Assembly: GCF_009914755.1 (NCBI RefSeq)
Contig: NC_060944.1
Length of the DNA stretch: 64,000 nt
Origin: the human T2T-CHM13v2.0 reference genome, Homo sapiens
Strand: one strand, 5' to 3'
Of the stretch, positions 56,582 through 64,000 are shown in pieces; position 1 is the stretch's first letter; the number at the start of each line of letters is the position of its first letter. The position numbers and the translations under genes are program-made. The notes beneath the pieces are model-generated. The model was not told where the DNA came from. It saw only the letters and a program-made list of their open reading frames with translations, and made no database searches.

Positions 56582-57324
56582 TTAGGTGTATGGATATTAC
56601 TGAACGTGGCCTCTCCTCTGTGGTCCATTGGTCTATCATCTTGAAGAAGTGAAGTACCTTATAAGAGGATCAGTTTTCTAGATAGAGGAGGAGGACCCAC
56701 TCAGATGCTGATAATAAATTTTGAGAATGGCCATCTTGCAAATGCATCATTTCCTAATTCATACCCTTTGCTGTAGTTTTGCAGATAGGCATCAAATATT
56801 GCCGAATTACCATCAATGGTTCCTATAGAAGACAAGTGCAAATAAAAAGCAATCAGATTGATGCCAAATATTTATCATTAATCTTCATAAATAAGTGGAA
56901 GTAAAACTCATTGTAAGACTAACTTAACAATTTTCCCTTTATGTCACATTGAAGCCTTAATGTACTTGCAAATTCAATTCAGTAAATAAATGTTTGTTGA
57001 ATTGCAAATCAGTCCATTTTGATTCTTGATAAAGAAGTGGGAGAGGAAGAGACTGACTGGTGATTTCAGGCTGGGATTCACCATATAACTACCCCAGAGG
57101 AGAAAAAAGGGCCAGAATACCACCAATGCAGGCAGAGTGTTCACCTCTAGTGGTCCCAGAACCTTCATTTTATCTGTTCACTTGGGAGAAGATTGGTGTT
57201 GTCTCACCACCTTTACAAATCCTCGGGAGGGGATGGGGGCTGTTACCTGGACGTATTTCTGGCAAATTTAACAAATCTCTTTTACACGTTGTTATCATCA
57301 TTCTTTTCCTGTACATTCTGAATG

Positions 57325-58050
57325 ATAGTTATGTATTTGACAAATATTTATTAAGCATCTACTGCATTCCAGGTACATATCTGTGTACTGCAGATGCAAC
57401 AGAGAACAAAATAAGCAAAACTTTCAGATCTCCTGGAGCTTGTAGTCTAACAGGTGAGGCAGACAATAAACCAGATGTTTGGCTAAAATATGTGTATTTG
57501 AGATAATAATATGTTAAAGAACAAAATGAAGGAGGGTGGCGAGTAGGGAATTTCTCTGGCTAGGATAAGAGGGTTGTAACTTTAGATAGGTTGGCTAGGG
57601 AGGGCTGGGCTGAGACAGGTCTTTTAAGGGAAGATTGTAAAGAAGTGAGGGAACAAGTTCTGAGGTTGACTAAGAGAGGCAACTTCCAAGTTCTTGGAAG
57701 AGCACCTGTTAGTGCTCCAAGAAGGATCCATGGCTGGTGTCTTGGGAACATTGTGTTTCTGGTTGGTGCGCCTGGAGTAAGTGAAGGGGCAATGGGAGGA
57801 AGTGGGATCCCGGTGATGCAGGTCTCATCGGTCATTGCAGCGATGTTGACTTTAATGGCAAGTGACATAGAGGCCAGTGGACTATTCTTAGTAGAAGGGT
57901 GCCTTGACGTGAGTTGCATTCCAACAGGATTATTTTGGCTGCTGTGAAGATAACATGATGTGGGTCAGGCAAGTGAGGAGTCCAGTGTCATAATACATAG
58001 GAGCAACATTGGTGGCTTAGACAAGGGAGGTAGAAATGCATGGGGCTATT
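57325..58050 (-). mobile_element. L2 (3' end)
   Basis: TTTGACAAATATTTATTAAGCATCTAC...TGGAGCTTGTAGTCTA...GGTGGCTTAGAC. Confidence 0.8.
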
Positions 58051-58713
58051 TCCCAACACAATATGGTTCTTTTGTCCACTTACTCTTGTTTCTTTATTTT
58101 TAGCAATAGTTACTAATTCATAATTCCTGTTGACATTTCCTACACTTTCATGAGTTTCTTGAGCCCTGTCTGTTTCCCCGGTTCATTATTATCAAACAGC
58201 TCAGCTGTGATAGACTGCTGATCTTCATTTTCATATTGATTAATTTCATTTTTGCATGCATCACCCGCATTTCCAGCATCTTCAGCACAGTTTTCAGATG
58301 ATGAGTCATTTGCGAACGACAGATTTTCATTATAGGAGTCATCTTTGGAGCAGGATGTGTTGGACTAGACTCAGGTAAAATGTTTGCTCAATTCTGCTTA
58401 GCCCTCTCTCTCATGAAATGGGATTTGATGGGTGTCTTTGAGCCCGACCACTGTCGAAATAATTACAAAGCTGTTTTCTCTTATTTATTTGCTGATCAAC
58501 TGGGAATTGTGTTGTTTTACATGGGAAATGTAATTCCAGCAGTCACTACTTTTAAATGAAATGATAACTCTTCTGCATTGTGATTATATAACATGCTCAT
58601 TATGAACTGAGGACGTTGGTCCCTTGAGTCTGGGTTCCAGACTGGGTCAGTGGTGGGAGGAACCTCACTCCAGCTCACCCCAAATTGGTTAACAGAGGTC
58701 TTTCATTTATGGT

Positions 58714-59020
58714 AGGGGTTGCAAATTGAAATACTTCTCAAGATTCATCAGCCAATGTAACTGGGTGAATCGGGCATATGTAAGAAAACAGGGACTGGAG
58801 GGTACTGTCTCACTGAACTCTACAGGGATAAGCCAAGATCAGTGCCATTTGCTTGTTATCCTGCCTAAATGTGGTTTCAGTATTAACAAATTGCCTTAAA
58901 AGAAGCCAGAAATCTGGATTATTATGGACACTCTGATATTTAATTTTTTTTCACGTTTAGAGCAACAAAATAGGCCTTTGAACCGGACCCAGTTCAAGTT
59001 GTCTAGTTTGTAACTCCTTA
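58714..59020 (+). mobile_element. MER102-like hAT element
   Basis: AGGGGTTGCAAA...AGAAGCCAGAAATCTGGATT...TAGTTTGTAACTCCT. Confidence 0.6.
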
Positions 59021-59164
59021 TTCACAAAGATACCTTTGCACTTTCTGTACTTATGATGCTTCTTTTACCTACTTTCAGTGAGAACAACGATATGGGACTC
59101 TGTATAGTTGAAGCTTGCTATAACAGACAGTAAAGAATCTTACTTAGGAAAAGTAACAAAATAC

Positions 59165-59502
59165 TTTTTCCTTCTGCTATAACAAAATACCATAGACCAG
59201 GTAGCTTATAAACAATAGAAATTTGTTTCTCACAGTTCTAGAGGCTGGAAAGTCCACGATCAAGCCATCAACAGACTCTGGATCTGGTTCACAGATGGCA
59301 CCTTCTTTCTTTGTCCTCACATGGCAGAAGGGGAAAATGAGCTCTCTTGGGCCTGTTAATAAGGACATGAATCCCATTTTTGAGGGTTCTGCCCTCATGA
59401 CCAAATCACCTCCTGAAAGACCCCACCTTCTAATACCATCACCCTGGAGGTTAGCATTTCAACAGATGAATGTTGAGAGTCACAAACATTCAGACCACAG
59501 CA
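59165..59502 (-). mobile_element. MLT1A0-like LTR
   Basis: GCTATAACAAAATACCATAGAC...CTCACAGTTCTAGAGGCTGG...CACAAACATTCAGACCACAGCA. Confidence 0.88.
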
Positions 59503-60144
59503 GGGTGGTTATCTAACATACCCATGTTCTGACACTGGCCCCTGGAGGACTGAGTATTGAATCCTGGCCTGAACTGACCCTTAGGCTCTTGGTTCTGTGC
59601 TACACTTCCCACCAGTGAGTCGATGGTGTTAGTAGAATTGAACTCAAGACCCTGACTTCAAATTCTGTGTTCCTTCCTTCTTTCCTGGTCCTTCTTTTCT
59701 TCAAAATCCAGTGCAAGTATCCACTTGAGTCAAGCTTGGAGCACCACTGGTTTATAAGGAAACTTCTTCTTTGGATCATCTTTTCATGGCCGCAGTAGGA
59801 TTTAGAACAAACCCAGGATCTGAACTGAAACCAATGTTGTCCAATCTCAGTGCTACAGCTAGTCTGCTTGGCAACCAGAGCCCAGGCACCGTAGCCTCTG
59901 AGACTTGTGCTGCAGTCATTTAGGAAAATCTGTCTTGATCTATTTGTCTCTGTCTCTGTCCCTCTCTTTCTCCTCACCAATACTGTCTCCATTTTAATTT
60001 TTGAACTTTCAAAAATGCTTTAGTTATTACTGGTAAGTATAAAAGTTGTGCTAATGAAACATACATCTAGAAAAAGGTCACCTAGACTTTCCAAAGTAAA
60101 AATTGACTTCATGAAGAGCCAGCACCACCAGCTTTCAGCCCTGG

Positions 60145-60313
60145 ATAGTGCTGCTAAATGTACACCTTAAAGTGGGTAGGCATTAGCTGGGATCATTTGA
60201 GATGCAGATTCTGATTCAGTAGGACTAGGGTGAACCTGGACTTCTGCTTTTCTTAGGAGCTCCTGGTGATGTTAATGAGGCTGATCTGTGGACCATACTG
60301 AGTAGCAAGGCTC
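60145..60313. mobile_element. MER5A-like hAT element
   Basis: GATGCAGATTCTGATTCAGTAGG...GGTGATGTTAATG...GGACCATACTGAGTAGCAAGG. Confidence 0.75.
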
Positions 60314-60599
60314 TATAAAATTGCTATCTCATCTCTCTCTTCCTCTCTCTCTTCATCCTCAATTATATGTTTTCCTTCAAACATCAACATTCAGAATAAA
60401 TGAGAAGTCATGTTTTATTCAATATATTTATTTTTCTGTTTTGTTTAAAAGTGACTACATTTTAGCTATACTATGAGTTAAAAAGACTTTCTGTGTGTGT
60501 GTAAGGAGGGATAGCTTTTCCAGGAATGAAAGTACCATTGAGACCATACTTTGCATGATCCCAGATCAAAATGGCCAAAATAAATAATAATTATAAAGA

Positions 60600-60860
60600 T
60601 ATTCTTATTATGATAATGTTTATTGGACATATTCTTTGTTAAGCACTGTATTAATGTTTTTAATGTTTAACTTAGTACATCTCGTTGTTCATGATAACCA
60701 TATGGGTTGGGAACTGTTGCACCGATCTCAAGTTTATAAACGACACACACAAAAGCAGGGTAAGAAACTCTAAGGAACTGGTCCAGGGTCACAGAGCGGG
60801 AACATGGTAGAGGCAGGATTCAACCAAGGCCTGGGATTATTCAAAACTTCAAATCCTGCA
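60600..60860 (-). mobile_element. MIR
   Basis: AATGTTTATTGG...AAGCACTGT...CCAGGGTCACAGAG...GGCAGGATTCAACC. Confidence 0.7.
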
Positions 60861-61454
60861 GAATTTGGGGGCATGCCACCTGCAGACTGAGTATACCGTG
60901 TCCTCAATGAAAATGACAGAGGGAAGTGTTTTGTTGGTATCAGCCCTAAGGCTTCTGGTCTTTTCTTGTTGCTGGGTTTTCCAGAGAGTGTCCAGCTTCA
61001 ACCTGTTTTCTGGAGTACTGGGACAGGTATCTGGGTACCAGAAGTGACCACAACAGGATATAGCAGGTGAAGGTTAGCCCAACCAGGAAGTAGACTAACA
61101 GTTGAAAGAGGTTCTCAAAAGGCATGAGGAATCAAAAGAAAAATGCATGAGATGCATTTCCTAAATAGTCCAGTTGTTGGGGTTCTCCCATGCTGAAGGA
61201 TTGAGGAGAGAATATGATCAAACCCTTGCTGAGGATTTGGCCATTGACATGGGCTTCTGGTTAATCAGGCCGTTTCCTAAGAAGAGTCAGGTCAATACCA
61301 TAGGCAATAAGGGTCCAGGTGATCCTGCGGACAGGGCATTTAGGGAGGCAGCTGAAAGGCCCTCTACCAACCAGGCATGAGACAAATGTGATTCTCTGCC
61401 ATCCGCAACCAGCCCAGAGAGCCCGTCACCACCAACAGTATAACAAAATGATGA

Positions 61455-61590
61455 AGAGGGTGAGCTCTGGAGCCAGACTCAGCTATTAACTGGCCTGGGT
61501 CCTTGGGCCCTTGTGATACTCAAATTCTTCATTTGTAAAATGGTATCTTCCTGATGGGACCGTTGTGAGAATGAAATGAGGAATTATTTG
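61455..61590 (+). mobile_element. MIR
   Basis: GCTCTGGAGCCAGAC...CATTTGTAAAATGG...GTTGTGAGAATGAAATGAG. Confidence 0.75.
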
Positions 61591-61864
61591 ACTATTGTAA
61601 GTGGACTAGAGATAATCCCTAATTTTCTTCACTGTAATATTTCTGGACATAATGTTTCTTTATACAAAGAAGGGACTGAATAAATATTAATAGTTCTTAC
61701 ATGAATGATCAAATAAAGACCCTGCTCATAAAAGCACTTAGTACAGGACTTAGCATAGAGTACAAACTCAGAACTTTGCTAGTATAAACATGAAATTTCA
61801 CACATGAGAAAGACTCATTAAGACCGGGTACTGTCAGGGAAACCCAACAGTTAGGAAATAATTT

Positions 61865-62140
61865 TATGATGCAAGCTAATGTTTAAATAATGCTTACTGT
61901 CTGTGTTAGACACTCTTGTAACCAAGCATTTAATATTCATCAATACACTAAATTCTCTAGACACCCCCATGATGTACAGGGTATTTTTACACACCCACCT
62001 CATCTTGCAGATGAGAATACTGAGGCATAGAGAAGAAAATTATGTCATTTAAGACCACAGATCTCATAAATGGCAGAGCTTGGATTTAAAACCAGAAGGT
62101 TTGGCTCCAGGGTCCATATTCTCAATCACTATCTACCATT
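61865..62140 (-). mobile_element. MIR
   Basis: TGCAGATGAGAATACTGAGGCATAGAG...AAATGGCAGAGCTTGGATTTAAA. Confidence 0.8.
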
Positions 62141-63536
62141 GCTGTTCATTTATGAGACTTCCAGGGTGTGAGGACTTGCCTCTAGCCTTGTACCTCTTTG
62201 AGCCCACCCTCATCTCCATTCCAGAAGTAGTCGGGCTCCTTGGAAAGAGAACCATGTTAGCAGGGAATTGTCTGTAGAAACTGGGGAAGACCATGTGGGC
62301 TAAACTGGAAATGTACTTTTTCATACAAATGCTTTTTAATAATCAAGCATAATTAAGATTAATTAAAATTAAATTATGGCTCCTTTTCCATCACAAAAGC
62401 TGTATTTCTAGTTGTTCAATGGAAAGATCATACATAAAGAATGCAAAAAAAAAAAAAACCAGGTAGTATTTGGCAACACTGGTCATAAAAAAGAACAATG
62501 AAAACTTGTTTATTTCTTAACTAAAATAAAAGTGGAAAGAAGTTGGAAGATGGTGTTTTAGGAAGTTTTAAAAATCTTCTTTATAATCTTTGTTTTTTAA
62601 CTCCATAATAATAAATATTCACAATATTTTAATGAGAGAATGTGTTTTTATAAAGAATCCTCCCATCATGGTGATAATAGAGAAACCTTGGTTATTGACT
62701 CTCAATGACAGCTTGTAAATGACGTATAGAAAAATCTGAAAAACCTGGAAGCTTCTTTTTTTTTCTTTGAGGTGAATCCCTCCATCTGGCTCTAGATCCA
62801 GTCTATCCTACCTTTCAGAGATATCAATGTATAAATCATCTCCTCCTCATCTCATTCCCCTTTATCAATTTCCTCTCATCAGCATTTTAACTTGAACAAA
62901 ATCTCTGCCATCTTAAAAATGCTTCTTTTGGTCCTATGTTTGCCCATATTGCCCTGTTTCTTACTCATACTGAATATTATTTTGTACTATTAAAATGTTT
63001 ATCATTTAATAATTATCTACCATTTTATAACTAAATTTAACTCATTTATATTTATTAATTGAACATCTATATACCATTGCATTGATATCTTTCCTTTACT
63101 AGGTATATATTTTTTAACTTGACTGTTATTAGTGGATTGGATTTACTTATTTTTGTGTTTATATAGTAGTTTCATATAGTAGTTTCACAGTTTTATATTT
63201 TATGTCTATGTTTTGACGCTTATATGTACACTTTAAATCACATACACAGAAAAGTATCTATCCAGTGTATCCTGAGTCAGTCAGTATCCTCTGAGCAGGA
63301 AAGAAACCTTAGTATGTTTCACTCTTCTCCAGTCTCGCTTCCTTATCTATGATACAGTGACCTTTCAAAATTTCAATTCCAGAATCACATTAAAACTATT
63401 CACACTTTAGAAGCATTTGGCTTGGCTATGCTTCTATCCAGCCTATCAAAGTGTGAATGAAGAGGTTGTATTAATTCTGCCATCTTTTAAAGTTCTATTT
63501 CTTTTTTTTCCTTTGTAAAGTTTTTATACATTTTCA

Positions 63537-63885
63537 CTTATTTATTTTTGTTGTATATATTTGAGGAGTACAACATGATGTTTTGATATACATTACACAG
63601 TGAAATGATTACTATGGGTAAGTAGATTAACGTATCCATCCCCTTCCTTATTTGCCTCGTTTTTGTGGTCAGAGCACCTAAAATCTACTCTCTTAGACAA
63701 TTTTTAGTATACAATATTATTAACTATAGTCCTCATGCTGTACATTAGATATCTAGACTTATTGCTCCCACCTACTTGCAAGTTTGTACACTTTGACTTA
63801 TCAGGTCTCATTTCCTTCTCCTCCCTGCTCCCGTAAACACTGTTCTACTCTCTGTTTCTATGTATTCAACCTATTTTTTTTTTGA
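63537..63885 (-). mobile_element. L1MA8/9-like 3' end
   Basis: GTACAACATGATGTTTTGATATAC...AAAATCTACTCTCTTAG...TTAACTATAGTCCTCATGCTGTACATTAGAT. Confidence 0.88.
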
Positions 63886-64000
63886 TTGCACAATTTGACC
63901 TTATGTTTTACTGGTTTCTTGTTTTCTACCCTTTCTTGTATGTCATTTTCTTCTACCATAGATTCTTTGGTAATTTTCCTGTGGCATATCTTCAAGGAAC

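Overview
This is primate (very probably human/hominoid) non-coding genomic DNA, either intergenic or deep intronic. I can support no protein-coding exon, structural RNA gene or CpG island, and I cannot name the locus. Much of the window is recognisable interspersed repeat: 14 Alus (J/S/Y), about 20 MaLR LTRs (MLT1/MST/THE1), ERVL-type LTRs, L1/L2/MIR fragments, four MER20s, a Tigger-family element and a MADE1, plus several microsatellites. Most ORFs in the track are Alu/L1/simple-repeat artefacts; the only clear protein homology is to L1 ORF2p and a Tigger transposase remnant. The most unusual structure is a complex templated rearrangement at 21.7-24.1 kb. Two pieces of a neighbouring MLT1 LTR were copied into an MLT1A LTR: one sits between the arms of a perfect 48-bp inverted repeat, the other in the loop of a MADE1 hairpin. 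Donor and copy each carry an Alu at the same homologous nucleotide, but from different subfamilies (AluSc-like vs AluSq-like). Other notable items are a 52-nt near-perfect hairpin, a twin-primed L1 with a ~1.4-kb junction deletion, a 3'-truncated AluY, GGAA microsatellites, and candidate exons/enhancers in unique sequence. Repeat subfamily names come from recalled consensus sequences, not a database search, and boundaries of old elements are approximate.
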